A DNA stretch of 64,000 bases from an uncultured Planctomycetota bacterium (GTDB lineage: Bacteria; Planctomycetota; Planctomycetia; Pirellulales; Lacipirellulaceae): positions 256,001 to 320,000 of the forward strand of contig CAVRBU010000001.1 of assembly GCA_963719315.1 (NCBI GenBank), read 5' to 3'. The position numbers and the translations under genes were made by a program. How positions within the stretch are numbered: position 1 is the stretch's first letter; every line of letters starts with the position of its first letter. The notes below the pieces were generated by a model, which saw only the letters and a program-made list of their open reading frames with translations, had not been told where the DNA came from and searched no databases. Below are positions 1 through 11,086 of this stretch, in pieces.

Positions 1-736
1 CCAAGTAAGGTGGGTAGTACGGCATGCTGCGGAAGTCAGCGCCCGGCAAACCTGTCACGGAATACAAATCAATCGGTTGAATGCCGGGGCCTTCGTCGAG
101 TAATGCGCGAACTTGCTCGAGTGCGGCATCATCCACCAGCAAATCGAGGTCTTCGCCCGCCGGCAAAAGTGGAAGGTCTTCAAACCAACGAAGTACGGCG
201 TGCCTGATACCCGCGCTCTGCAACCGTTGAGCGAACCCCGCAATCCCAAATCGATGCGGTATGTATCGTCTCACGCCACATTGCGGCAGCGGATTGCGAA
301 TGCGAAACGCGAGGAGCCAGGGACCCGCGCCGCTTAGGCCGCAATTAACAACGCGCGGCCAGGCAAAGCGATAGAACAAGCACTGCAAGGTCGCCAATAG
401 CACTGCGATCCAGCAGAGTGGTGTCGCCTTGAGCTTCAGGGCGACGTACTGCGCGTGCCGCACCAATCGAAAGCGGCCTGCGGCCAAGACGGCCCAACCA
501 TCGAGCACCAGTACGTCGGCATTGTTTTGGCGAATGCCGTTGCGCAACAGAGCCACGACGGCACGCGGCCCCAACCCTGACCAACGCTCAGCGATTGAAT
601 CACGTCGTCGTTTGGTCGCCGTTACCGCCAGGTAATTGCGAAAACCGGCCGCGACCAATCGCTGGCCGATCGCGCCACACGCTGCGCCCACTTCGATGAT
701 CCGCGCGCGCTGGGGCCAAAGTTCGGTCGGTCGCAT
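1..736 (-). CDS. Uncharacterised protein with a nucleotidyltransferase-like motif; runs off the left edge and is absent from the ORF track
   Basis: Manual translation from ATG 736, just downstream of the GT2 stop, is open to base 1: MRPTELWPQRARIIEVGAACG...HAVLRWFEDLPLLPAGEDLDLLVDD...GIQPIDLYSVTGLPGADFRSMPYYPPYL. DxDLLV resembles an NTase metal-binding motif. Confidence 0.75.
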   Translation of the reverse strand, partial: MRPTELWPQRARIIEVGAACGAIGQRLVAAGFRNYLAVTATKRRRDSIAERWSGLGPRAVVALLRNGIRQNNADVLVLDGWAVLAAGRFRLVRHAQYVALKLKATPLCWIAVLLATLQCLFYRFAWPRVVNCGLSGAGPWLLAFRIRNPLPQCGVRRYIPHRFGIAGFAQRLQSAGIRHAVLRWFEDLPLLPAGEDLDLLVDDAALEQVRALLDEGPGIQPIDLYSVTGLPGADFRSMPYYPPYL

Positions 737-738
737 GG

Positions 739-1635
739 TCAGGCTGCTCGTCGGCGTTGCTTTTGTACGGCGTCGTGTTCGGCGGCCTGCGTTTGCTCAT
801 TCGCGAACGCCAGGATCGGCTGCTCGTCGAATTCCGTCGCGAGTTCAGCCTCCGGATCGGGTTGCTGCACCGCGTAGTGCAGTTCCCACAGCTTGGCTTG
901 CTTGAGGAACGCATAATAGGCCGTGTGCATGCAAATGTGAAAGCCCGGAATGCCGTCCAGAAAGCCCAGGCGGAGGAAGTACAGTTGCAAGAAGCGTAGC
1001 GGCGCTCGTGTCGCCATTGCCAGCAGGCTCGGCTTCTTGCCAGCATCGCGCATATTCAACGCGCCCCAGCCAGCGTAGCGATTCATTTTGAATAGGTACT
1101 GGTCTGATTCCCAGGTCGTGTAATGCAACATTGGCTGCTTGAGCGTATCGAGGCGGCTCGACGGCAGATCCACTTCCGCATGCACCCAACGAGTCTCGTA
1201 GCGGCACTCGCGACGGAACAGTCGAATCACTGCATCGCTATTCCAACCGCAGTGCTTGATGCGGTAACCCAAGTAGTGGTTTGCGCGATCGATCCAATAA
1301 CCGTCCGTATCGGCGGGCGGTGCTGCGAGCAGCTCCCGAATTTCGGCTGCGAGCTCCGGCGTTACCCGTTCGTCGGCATCGACGACCAGCACCCACTCGT
1401 GTTGGCACTGCGGAATTGCCCAGTTTTTGAAGTTTGCCGAGTTAATGTATTCGCGTTCGATGATTCGGCAGCCGCCGATATCGCGGACGATGTCGAGCGT
1501 GCCATCGGTCGAACCCGAGTCGGCAATTAGAATCTCGTCAGCGAGTGCTTGCACCGACTCGATGCAGGCGCGAATGTTGCGCCGCTCATTCTTACATGGA
1601 ATGAGCACGGAGAGTTTTGCTGTCACGGTGGACAC
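739..1635 (-). CDS. Glycosyltransferase family 2 (WaaE/KdtX-like beta-1,4-glucosyltransferase)
   Basis: LSVLIPCKNE, DSGSTDGT, WVLVVDADE, VHAE and LGFLDGIPGF motifs. Confidence 0.9.
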   Translation of the reverse strand: MSTVTAKLSVLIPCKNERRNIRACIESVQALADEILIADSGSTDGTLDIVRDIGGCRIIEREYINSANFKNWAIPQCQHEWVLVVDADERVTPELAAEIRELLAAPPADTDGYWIDRANHYLGYRIKHCGWNSDAVIRLFRRECRYETRWVHAEVDLPSSRLDTLKQPMLHYTTWESDQYLFKMNRYAGWGALNMRDAGKKPSLLAMATRAPLRFLQLYFLRLGFLDGIPGFHICMHTAYYAFLKQAKLWELHYAVQQPDPEAELATEFDEQPILAFANEQTQAAEHDAVQKQRRRAA

Positions 1636-1802
1636 CTGCGTAGCCGGAGAAGAGTGGGGGTAGAAGAGTACGAGCGCACGAAGGCGTCGCGGACTCTGTT
1701 ATCGGCAACGCAAGTGGAAAACTTTAATCAAAAATCGGCGCGGCGACGAGAATTCCCAAAAATAGCAGCGACAGCTTGCAGCCATTGCCGGTGCGCAATG
1801 GA

Positions 1803-2774
1803 TCATGTGCCGGCGAACTCGCGATAAACTTCTTCAATGCGTTGGACGTTTGTCTCGCCTTTGTGGAGCCATACGCGATATTTAAGCGTCAGCGAGTCTC
1901 CTTTTTTGATCGTGACAAGGCCTTGTTCGGCCGATTCGGAGCGGGGGAAATCTTTCTGTCCGAATGGGTTGGCCGCGAACAGGCCGTAGGTTCGCACATG
2001 CCACCGCGGCGTCGGACGAAAGCTGTGCGGGTGACTCATCACAGTGATCCCGACGATCTCGCCGGCGATCGGCCCCGTGTAATCGACCCACCTTGCTGGC
2101 TGGCCCCAGGCGGCTTCATTTTCTTGCTGTTCGTTGTTCACGATTCGACCGCCAGTTTTGGCGTCTACGCGCATCGAATCGGCAACGCGCAACGCGAATG
2201 AGCCTTCCTTCGTGTCGCCGAACGTGACGTCGGCATCGGGCGCTTTGATCGTGATCTCAAAATCGATCCAGCGGCTGCCATCCGGCTCACTGCCGAATGT
2301 AAGGGTCCGCTCGTCCTCGCACAATCGCTTGCCGCCGTTCATCCAGTCGTTGCGAGTTACGATCTGGGCCGTTGCGCTTTCGCTCGCTGTTTTGACAAAA
2401 TTCCGGTGGGCAATGTGCGGGCCACTTTCGCCTTTGTCGTCGTTTTTGTTTGAGCCCCAGAAATCAACGCCGTTCACTTCGCCGTGCGTCATCCAAAAAG
2501 ATTGGTGATGCGGATGGTCTTTTGTCCCATCCTTGAGCGGCGGCGTGAACGGATAGCCGCGCGTGACCGGCTTGCCGGTCGGCCCGATCACAGGATACAG
2601 GGCCGGGCCGTGTCCCGCCTTCGTAAGATATTCCGTAAACAATTGGCCGTCGATTTTCACGACCGCGCCGCCTTCGCTCCGTTCGACGGTAACTTCCGCG
2701 CGTGCAACAACCGAGGCAGGCAACAGTAAGGACGTAGCGCAAAGCGTGATTAATTTGGAGCACATTGGCATCAA
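1803..2774 (-). CDS. Secreted DUF6807 / PmoA-family-annotated protein
   Basis: Signal peptide; DHPHHQSFW, FGDTKEG, AWGQPARWVDYTG and WHVRTYGLFAANPFG motifs; sits downstream of a Gfo/Idh/MocA gene. Confidence 0.8.
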   Translation of the reverse strand: MMPMCSKLITLCATSLLLPASVVARAEVTVERSEGGAVVKIDGQLFTEYLTKAGHGPALYPVIGPTGKPVTRGYPFTPPLKDGTKDHPHHQSFWMTHGEVNGVDFWGSNKNDDKGESGPHIAHRNFVKTASESATAQIVTRNDWMNGGKRLCEDERTLTFGSEPDGSRWIDFEITIKAPDADVTFGDTKEGSFALRVADSMRVDAKTGGRIVNNEQQENEAAWGQPARWVDYTGPIAGEIVGITVMSHPHSFRPTPRWHVRTYGLFAANPFGQKDFPRSESAEQGLVTIKKGDSLTLKYRVWLHKGETNVQRIEEVYREFAGT

Positions 2775-2852
2775 TTAAAACCAAGACGACACAGCGAACG
2801 CGACGTTAAGGCATTTGTCGTGCCCAGCGTGTTGTCTCGACAAACCTTCGTG

Positions 2853-4308
2853 TTAGGCAATTTCCGGAGTAATGAATGGCTCCCGGTCCACTCGCCGGAG
2901 CATCTCGTTGGCGGCGGAGTTGTTGGTGAATTGCTCCTTCGCCGGGTCCATTTCGAGTACGGCACCGACCACGACCACCGGCTTGTCGATATCCACTTCG
3001 TTCGCCCGCAGATGGGCGAACATCCGTTCCAGTGAATCCTGCAGGCGCTCGTTCTTAGCAACCGATTTCAAGATTTCGTCGGCCGGCTGCGGCTCGCCTA
3101 GCTGATGCGAAATATTGCCCGTATGGCACAAGGCGCTGGAGAGGTGACCTTCGAGTACGTCGGCGTGCAGGTCGCTGCGCTTGCGCGAGCGAACCGCATC
3201 CAAGAAATTCTCGAAGTGGTTGCCGTCGCCGTGCCAAGTCTTGATTTCTTCGCCATCGGGCCCGAACGCCCGCGTGGTACCGTAGCCATCCGTCGAGGCA
3301 ACCGAGCCATGCTCGCACTGCACGATGACGCCGATTTGGGAGCCGCGGAAATTGTCCATATTCTGTTCCCAGGTGGATTTGTCCTTCTCGGCAGCTTTCG
3401 ACTTGGGCAAACCGCGCGTTTCGAAAATGATGCGGCGCCTTTGCGTAGTCGTGGAGTACGACTTGCGTGTTGGCCGTATTGCCGGCGTCATCGTAGCCGA
3501 GCCGGCCGCCGAAGCTCATGATCCGCGGCGACAGCGCCTTTTCGCCCAGGAACCAGCGGGCGATATCCATCTGGTGGATGCCTTGGTTGCCCATGTCGCC
3601 GCAGCCGGTGTTGTAGTCCCAATGCCAATCGTAGTGCAGTTTTGGCCGATAAAGATCGACCTTAGCCGCAGGGCCGCACCAGAGTTCGTAATCGACCTCT
3701 TTTGGAATCACCAGCGGTTTGTCGAGCTTACCGATCCCCATCCGCGGCTTGTAGCAGGTGCCGACGACGTACAGAATCTTCCCGAGTTGGCCGCTATGAA
3801 CGTATTCAACCGCTTCGCGCAGCGACTTGTGCGACCGCGCTTGCGTACCACATTGGATGATTCGATTGTAGTGATCGGAAGCGTTCGCAAGTTGCCGGCC
3901 TTCCCACACGCCGTGGCTGACCGGCTTCTCGCAGTACACGTCTTTGCCGGATTGGGCGGCCAAGATGCCGATAAGCGAATGGGTGTGATTCGGCGTGGCG
4001 ATCGAAATCGCGTCGATATCTTTGCGATCGAGTAGTCGGCGAAAATCGGAAATCTGATCGAGCTTGCGGCCATATCTCTTGTCGAACGACTCGGCCGCTT
4101 TGCCCAACACGCGGGAATCGCAATCGCACAGCGCGACGAGATGGTCTTTGAATCCATCGATGTGGGCTGTACCGCGGCCGTTGAAGCCCACGACCGCCAT
4201 TCGAATCTTGCTGTTGACATCGGCCCGCGCGAATCTCGGCACTGCCGCACATGCGGCAGCGGCTCCGACCGCTTGTTGCAAAAACACGCGACGCGATTGC
4301 TTGCTCAT
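2853..4308 (-). CDS. Gfo/Idh/MocA family oxidoreductase with Tat signal; one frameshift near 3432
   Basis: SRRVFL Tat motif, ATPNHTH, DVYCEKP, GNQGIHQMD. The frame of ORF 3055..4308 switches to that of 2853..3491 at DYAKAP/IIFETRG. Confidence 0.85.
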
Positions 4309-4447
4309 GGAATACTCCTGCCCGGGATGGTTTCAACGTACCCCGGCATTATAACATCGTTTTGCGTCCGTAGAAGCCTTCGTTCTGGGTCGTTGGGTCG
4401 GTCGTCGGAGAGCCAAGTCCAACCGTGTCCGAGAAGCCGCCGCGCTC

Positions 4448-5746
4448 TTATTCTACAGGTAATTGGCGATCGCTATCCGGTTTCGTAATGAGCCGTGCCG
4501 ATCGATCGAATGTGATGTAATTCCAACCCCATTGAACCAGCACCAGCAGTCGATTTCGGAAGCCGACCAGATTCAATAAGTGAATCAAGAGCCACAAAAT
4601 CCAGGCCAGAAAGCCGCTCACGTGCAATTTGCCGAATTCGGCCACCGCGGCCGAGCGGCCAATCGTGGCCAGATTGCCGAGATTGCGGTAGTGGAATGTC
4701 GGCAGGGGTCGGCCTCGAAGTCTCGCGTCAATTAGCTTTGCAACGAAGCGGCCTTGTTGAATCGCGACCGGGGCGACGCCAGGTAGAGGTTTGCCGCCCT
4801 GGTGCGAGTAGTTGGCCATATCGCCCAATGCGAAGATCTCAGAGTGGCCCGGCAAAGACATATCGGCTTCAACAACGATGCGGCCCCCGCGGTCGAGCGT
4901 CGCCCCAGTAGCCGCGGCCAGTGCTGAGGCGAGCGGCGAAGCGGAGACGCCGGCGGCCCAAATGATCGTGTGCGTTGCGAGACGTTCTTGCGCTCCGCCA
5001 AAGTTGACGAGCACGTGATCGGCCGCTACGTCGGCGACCATAGTCTTCGTGCGGACCACCACGCCTAGTCGTTCGAGCGAGCGCTGCGCCTTTTCCGACA
5101 AGTCGGGCGGATAGGCCGCGAGGATGCGCTCACCCGCCTCAACGAGGATGATTTGCGCTTCGGACGGATCGATCCGCCGGAATTCGCGTTTGAGCGTGTG
5201 TCGGGCGATCTCGGCCATCGTGCCGGCTAATTCCACGCCCGTCGGCCCGCCGCCCACGATTACGAATGTGAGCAACCGCCGGCGGCACTCTACCTCCGCC
5301 TCGCGTTCAGCTTGCTCGAACGCTGTCAGCAAGCGGGCGCGAATGTGCGTGGCGTCTTCGATTGTTTTCAAGCCGGGCGCGTATTTTTCCCACTCGGGGT
5401 GGCCGAAATAATTGTCGCGCGCGCCAGCGGCCACGATCAGCGAATCGTAGGCGAGCTGCGAGCCATTGAATTGGACGAAGCGATTCGCCACGTCGAAGCC
5501 GCGCACGTCGCCCAGCAGCACTTCGCAATTCTGCTGTCGTTCAACGATCGAACGCAAAGGCGCGGCGATATTGGCGGGCGACAATCCGCCGGTCGCCACT
5601 TGATACAGCAGCGGCTGAAACAAGTGAAAGTTGCGGCGATCGATGAGTGCAACATTTACCGGAGCACGTCGCAGAGCGCGGACCGCGTTCAAGCCGGCGA
5701 ACCCGCCGCCAACGACTACGACGCGATGGCTTGGGAGCTCAGGCAT
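4448..5746 (-). CDS. ndh: Type II NADH:quinone oxidoreductase
   Basis: GGGFAG, FQPLLYQVATG, GGGPTGVELAG, PGVAPVAIQQG motifs. Confidence 0.9.
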   Translation of the reverse strand: MPELPSHRVVVVGGGFAGLNAVRALRRAPVNVALIDRRNFHLFQPLLYQVATGGLSPANIAAPLRSIVERQQNCEVLLGDVRGFDVANRFVQFNGSQLAYDSLIVAAGARDNYFGHPEWEKYAPGLKTIEDATHIRARLLTAFEQAEREAEVECRRRLLTFVIVGGGPTGVELAGTMAEIARHTLKREFRRIDPSEAQIILVEAGERILAAYPPDLSEKAQRSLERLGVVVRTKTMVADVAADHVLVNFGGAQERLATHTIIWAAGVSASPLASALAAATGATLDRGGRIVVEADMSLPGHSEIFALGDMANYSHQGGKPLPGVAPVAIQQGRFVAKLIDARLRGRPLPTFHYRNLGNLATIGRSAAVAEFGKLHVSGFLAWILWLLIHLLNLVGFRNRLLVLVQWGWNYITFDRSARLITKPDSDRQLPVE

Positions 5747-5791
5747 TTGAATTTTACTCCCCGCTCCTTGCTCCGAGCGCTGCCTGCCATG

Positions 5792-7141
5792 TCACTCCGG
5801 CAACGGTTTGTCCTTGGTCTCCGGTGCAAACGGCAGCGTCAGCAACCCAACCAAGAAGATGCTACACATCGCCATTGCCGCGTAGCGCTCTTTCAGAGGC
5901 GAGCCGAAATCGCCAAACGCCTGCGTCGCGAGCGCCGCCGAGAAGAAACTGCCGCCAGCCGCCGCAAAGCGGCCCAAGTTGTAGCAGAACGACGTGCCGG
6001 TGCTGCGCAACCGACTGGGAAAGAGTTCCGGGAGATAGATCGCGAAACCGGCAAACACCGATAGTTGCGCTGCGCTCATCACGGGCATCATCCAGTAGGC
6101 ATCGGCGGGCGACTCCATTTTCCAATAGACATACAACGTGCTGACGAGCGCCGCCGTGAAGCCGATGGCAAAAGCGGCGCGGCGTCCGATTGCGATAGCC
6201 AATTTGGTGAAAATCCACATGCCGACGCCGGCCCCAACCATTTGCAACACATACGCCCAAGTCCGGGCTTTTTCGACGGCAGCAGGAATCTTTTCGGCCG
6301 GCATATTCTGTTGCTCGAAATGCTGAGTAAACACAATTCTTTGCAGGTCGGTGAGGTATTCGCCGATCGCCCACAGGCCTATCACCCCCGTTGAGGCAAT
6401 TAACGCGCCAACGACCAGATTCCGGCGCCATTGCGGGTCCGAAACCAGTGACACGTAGGGCGCGAGAATCGCGCCTTTAGGGAGTCGGCCCTCTGATTTG
6501 AGTTTTAACCAAGGCTCCGGCTCGCGCAGATATTTCATCGTGAATACGATCATGAGGGCGGGCAAAGCACCTACGAGAAACATCCAGCGCCAGCCATCGC
6601 CGGCTTCAATGACCTTACTGTTTTCCAGATTATCGATTAGTAGCTTGAAGCCGCCGGCGGCAAGATTGCCGACGGTGGACAAGATTTGCAGCATGCCCAG
6701 TGCTCCGGCTCGGGCCGTGCCGGGAAGTGTCTCGGCGATCAGGGCCACAGCCAATCCAAAAACGCCGCCGACGCCCAAGCCAGTGAGAAACCGATACGCC
6801 GCAAAACTCTGGTACGATTGGCTGAAAAAAGTAAGCCCCGTGCATGCCGAGTAAATTAACACAGAAATCGACAGCATCCTTGCGCGGCCAAACCGATCGC
6901 CGAGCGGTCCAAAAATGATTCCTCCCACGCCCCAACCGATCAGGAACAGCGCAGTGACGATTTTTCCGGTCTCTTGCGCGTCGGATCCAGCCGGCATCAA
7001 TTCCTTCAGCGCTGGATTGCGCGCGAGCGAAAACAAGCGTTGGTCTAAGCAATCGAACAGCCACGCCGCGCTGGCGACGAGAAATACGAACCAATGGTAG
7101 CTGGTCAGTTCGTGCGTCCAGCGGTAGGTTTCTTTGGCCAT
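5792..7141 (-). CDS. MFS transporter (SHS/NanT-like)
   Basis: Multiple TM helices; GDRFGRAR motif A; YLPELFPSRLRSTGTSFCYNLGR. Confidence 0.9.
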   Translation of the reverse strand: MAKETYRWTHELTSYHWFVFLVASAAWLFDCLDQRLFSLARNPALKELMPAGSDAQETGKIVTALFLIGWGVGGIIFGPLGDRFGRARMLSISVLIYSACTGLTFFSQSYQSFAAYRFLTGLGVGGVFGLAVALIAETLPGTARAGALGMLQILSTVGNLAAGGFKLLIDNLENSKVIEAGDGWRWMFLVGALPALMIVFTMKYLREPEPWLKLKSEGRLPKGAILAPYVSLVSDPQWRRNLVVGALIASTGVIGLWAIGEYLTDLQRIVFTQHFEQQNMPAEKIPAAVEKARTWAYVLQMVGAGVGMWIFTKLAIAIGRRAAFAIGFTAALVSTLYVYWKMESPADAYWMMPVMSAAQLSVFAGFAIYLPELFPSRLRSTGTSFCYNLGRFAAAGGSFFSAALATQAFGDFGSPLKERYAAMAMCSIFLVGLLTLPFAPETKDKPLPE

Positions 7142-7154
7142 GTCGTGTGAGCTT

Positions 7155-8588
7155 TCATTCCGGAAGTTCGTCGTGCTGCGGTTCCGGAAGCCAGAAGGAG
7201 AGAATGATGTTGCCGAGGTAGACCGCCGTGCCGACTGCCAACGCCGCGGCTGCCATTTTTGTCGCGTCGGCGACTGGGGCCGGCGACGAATCCGTGTTTA
7301 CCGGCATAATGAGCGCGAGTTGGGTCGTCACCATAGCGAACGAAGTGCCGAGCATGCGTCCGCCGATATTCGCTGCAAAGCTTTCGCCCGTGCCCCGCAA
7401 ATGCAACGGATACACGCGCGGTAAATAGTTGCCCCAGAAGCTGAATTGCGCCACGGTGAACAGACCGACGAAGAACATCCCCAATTGCAGCATTGCCACA
7501 TTCTGATGGACGGCGTAACCAAATACGATCGGCAAGATTATTAGCCCCGGGAACAGAAATGAGCGAATCAACCACCGCCGGCTGACGATGACGGTCACGA
7601 GGAGGGCCAGCACGAGCCGACCCAGGAGGCCGCCCCATTCCTGTGTTTTGGTGACTTGCGCGGCGGTCGATTGCACGATTTCGCCCGTTCGCTTCGCAAC
7701 AGCGGGCTTTTCGAGACCTTTCGTTTCGGCGATCACGCGGGTCCGCACATTCGGCACGGCCGGAATGATTTGTGGAATCTGCTGAATGGCGCCGAACGCC
7801 GCGCCGTAGCTGCACGCGAACATCAGTGTCGTCACGATCGTGGTTCGACGGAGATCGGGGGCGAACAATTCGCCGAAACTGGGCCGCTTGAGCGTTCCCG
7901 TCATCCGCTTCGCTTGCCACGTGGGAGATTCCGGCAGAAATGGCCGAATCACCGCCAGCGGCAAGGCTGGAATTAGGCCGGACATTAACGTATACCGCCA
8001 CGCGGCGTGCGAATCACCGATTTTGCCGAGCGACGCTAGCCACTCGGGGATGACGATGGCCGGCAGCGAGATCGCATGCTTGATCAACCAATAGTTGACG
8101 AACGCCACCAGAATACCGCCAAACGACGAGAAGAATTGCGTGTAACCCAAAACGCGCTCCCGCTGTCGGGGCTCGGGAAACAATTCCGCAAGCCACGCTA
8201 CTGCAGCGACGAATTCCACGCACACGCCGATGAACGTGGTGCAGCGGAAGAAGAGCAGCATCCAGATCGATGTCGAAAAGCCGGCGGCGAACGCGGAGAC
8301 CGCGTACAGAAAAATGCTCCACGTGAGTACCCGCCGTCGGCCGAGGCGATCGGTTAAATAACCGCCCAACAACCCGAAAATGCCACCGGCAAACGCCGGG
8401 ATGAAAAACAGCAGCCCGCGCCATAGATTGAACGTCGGTGTGTTGGGCGGTGCGTTAAGCAACTCCATCAGTGCCGGTCGCAAAACAAGCGGCAGCATCA
8501 ACAATTCGTAAGTATCAAATGCAAATCCGATCGCGGCGATGACGCAGATCGTCCATTGAATGGGCGTCAGTCGTTGAGAATTCGCCAT
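7155..8588 (-). CDS. MFS transporter (SHS/NanT-like)
   Basis: Likely start MANSQ at 8588; TDRLGRRR motif A; YLPRVYPLHLRGTGESFAANIGGR. Confidence 0.9.
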   Translation of the reverse strand: MANSQRLTPIQWTICVIAAIGFAFDTYELLMLPLVLRPALMELLNAPPNTPTFNLWRGLLFFIPAFAGGIFGLLGGYLTDRLGRRRVLTWSIFLYAVSAFAAGFSTSIWMLLFFRCTTFIGVCVEFVAAVAWLAELFPEPRQRERVLGYTQFFSSFGGILVAFVNYWLIKHAISLPAIVIPEWLASLGKIGDSHAAWRYTLMSGLIPALPLAVIRPFLPESPTWQAKRMTGTLKRPSFGELFAPDLRRTTIVTTLMFACSYGAAFGAIQQIPQIIPAVPNVRTRVIAETKGLEKPAVAKRTGEIVQSTAAQVTKTQEWGGLLGRLVLALLVTVIVSRRWLIRSFLFPGLIILPIVFGYAVHQNVAMLQLGMFFVGLFTVAQFSFWGNYLPRVYPLHLRGTGESFAANIGGRMLGTSFAMVTTQLALIMPVNTDSSPAPVADATKMAAAALAVGTAVYLGNIILSFWLPEPQHDELPE

Positions 8589-8693
8589 GGATCGCCTGCT
8601 GAACTGCGATTGATGAGCTGCCGAAGTGAAATATGCGAGCGGGCATTCTAGCAGAGGCCGTGCCCCTCGCGTAGGGTGACAGCCTTCAATGCT

Positions 8694-8778
8694 GGGTGGC
8701 ATGCTCTCGCCGCGGCGGCGGGTGAGCATGTGGATAGAGGAACACGTTCATGCTTACGCCGCGGCGGCGAAGGCATGC
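8694..8778. repeat. REP-like inverted doublet in the intergenic region
   Basis: GCATGCTCTCGCCGCGGCGGCGGGTGAGCATG followed by the imperfect inverted partner CATGCTTACGCCGCGGCGGCGAAGGCATGC. Confidence 0.6.
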
Positions 8779-8782
8779 GGCG

Positions 8783-10785
8783 TCAACCGATAATCACGCG
8801 CGGCTGCTTGGCCGGATCAGGTTCGGCTTTCAGAATCAGCTCACGCACCAGCCAGGGCACGTTGCCTTCGCCGAACAGCAGGAAGCCCAGATTGGCGGCG
8901 AGCGGGCTCTCGCCGGACCAGCCGAAGTGGATTTCGGGCGGCTTGCCCGTTTTCGACAGTTCAAGCGCTACCGTTGCCACGGCGTGTGCCACCGATACGC
9001 ACCGCGTTAGCTTCAGCAGGAATCTCTCATCCTGCTCGGTCACTTCGATCATCGGATTGTGTTGGAACTCGCTCGGATCGCCGACGGTTGCTTCCACGAA
9101 CACGATCGGAACATTCCGGCCTAACCGGTGCACGCGGCGAATTTTTTCATCTTTCTGGGCAATCGTGTGGTGACCGGGCCGATGCGGCACGAGTACGGGA
9201 AACTCCAAATGCCGCAGCGCATCCCACAGAAACCGCGAAGTGTCATCGACGAAATCGAATTTATCGAACCGCAGTTCGGTGCTCCTCCGCGTGCGGGAGA
9301 TGATGGAAAACACGAGCACCGCCAGAATAAACGCCCCGGCGATTTTGATGCCGTCCGGCTTTTCGATAATGATGCACACGGTCGTATAGAAAAAAACAAG
9401 CATCACCGCGAAGTAGCCCCAGTGGAGCCGCTGCCACCATGGCCCGCTCCTTTTGAGCCACTGGTCGATCAACACGGCGACCGCGCCGCTGGACATCAAT
9501 ACCATTACGCCGGTCGCGTAAGCTCCACCCTGGGCGATGACGCTCGCGCCGAAGATCAGCGTCACAATGATGTTGATGAACGTGAAGTGGATTACCAGCC
9601 ACCGCACGGCTTCGGCCCACCGCGGGGCCATGCCGAATCGAGGCAAGTATCGGGGCACCAGGTTCAACAACCCCGACATCGCACTCGCGCCCGCAAACCA
9701 CAGAATCGCGACCGTGCTGATATCGTAGATCGTGCCGAAAATCGGGCCAAACATGGGGTTAAGCAAAAGTCGCGTATCCCCATGAGCGACGTACGCAAGC
9801 GCCGGTTAGCGGCCCGACCCTCGGTAAATAGTGCCTTTGGGTCAATGAGCATCGACGTTACGATGCTCGAGCCCAACAGCATGCAGGACATGATGAGCGC
9901 GGCCGTCATCAGCAATTTGCGGGTGTTTCGAATCCGCCCTTGCGGGTGGTGGGGATCATCGCCGTGATCGCCGCGCACGAGTGGCATCACGGCCACGCCC
10001 GTTTCAAAGCCGCTCAGACCGAGGGCCAACTTCGGAAAGAAAATCAAGCATGCAAGCACCGCGGCGCCCAGTCCGCTCCCTTCGTGCCTCATATGCCATT
10101 TGCCGTCCAATATGGAGTGGTACCACGCCACTACTAACCAGGGATGAAATACGAGATAAGTAATGCCGCTCGCGATCACGATCACATTGAGGACCAGATA
10201 GATGCCCACAATCACGACGGCGATAGCAATGACTTCTTTAAACCCGCGTAGAAACATCGCCCCCAACAGCAACAACATTCCTATCGTTAGTGCCATTTGG
10301 CTTTGCATGAAGCCGGGCATGCCCGTCCAAAACGGGTTGTGAATTAGGTGCTCGGCTGCATCCGCAGCGGAAAGCGTTTGGGTGATGATGAAATCGGTCG
10401 CGGCGAAACCGAGGAGTACGAGCACCAAGAACTTGGCAGTCCACCCATGGAGCAGCCGCTCCAGCATCGAGATCGAACCGTGCCCGAGCGGTGACTCTTC
10501 AGCCACGCGCGAGTAGACCGGCAGCGCACAGCACAACGTGACGGCGATCAGCACGATCGTCGCGAGAGGCGCGAGCAGTCCCACCGCCTCGAACGCGATC
10601 GAGGGCTGGTAGCCCAGGGTGCTGAAATAGTCCACGCCGGTGAGGCACATTACCCAAAGCCAAAAGCTCTGGTGCTCCGGCGGCTGCAATACCTGCGTAG
10701 AAGGCGTCAGCTGTCGGATATCCACCGAGTCCAGGGAGTCGGTGTACTTCTTTGGAGGAGCGGCGTGGACGCCGGGGAAAGTCAT
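8783..10785 (-). CDS. APC-superfamily amino acid/cation transporter with soluble C-terminal domain; frameshift near 9802
   Basis: [20 protein letters not shown] and [11 protein letters not shown] motifs. Adding one G restores [14 protein letters not shown] and joins ORFs 9664..10785 and 8783..9766. Confidence 0.85.
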
Positions 10786-10955
10786 TTCGGCGCGCTCTTG
10801 GCAACGTTGGCAGCCTGACTTCGGAAGCGTTCGGCCTGACGAAGCAGCCGCAATTTTGCGGGCTTGCTCTGGCGGGTTCGAGCCAACCTTTGGTACTTAT
10901 CCGCAAGCGCCGTTTTTACTTCAACCAGGTTCTTCGCTTGTGATTTCTTGGTCAC
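10782..10955 (-). CDS. Small basic protein (57 aa), translationally coupled to the transporter
   Basis: AGGAG 7 nt before GTG 10955; [57 protein letters not shown]; stop overlaps the transporter start (ATGA). Confidence 0.7.
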   Translation of the reverse strand: MTKKSQAKNLVEVKTALADKYQRLARTRQSKPAKLRLLRQAERFRSQAANVAKSAPK

Positions 10956-11086
10956 GACATAACTCCTACTCGCCAGTTTGATTCTTTCGCAATTCAACGG
11001 AAGTTTAACTGTTAATGTCCGCCAATGAGATCAAAAATTGCATCGATATTTGTTTGTTGGCTTACAATTAGCGGTTAACTCCTCTT

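Noticed and set aside
1803..2774. Methane monooxygenase suggested by the PmoA family label
   Set aside because: A soluble secreted protein with no TM helices and no pmoCB; the label belongs to an unrelated family.
10952..10960. Minimal ATG-TCG-TGA uORF overlapping the small-protein start
   Set aside because: Only 2 nt from the AGGAG; the overlapping GTG has the proper spacing.
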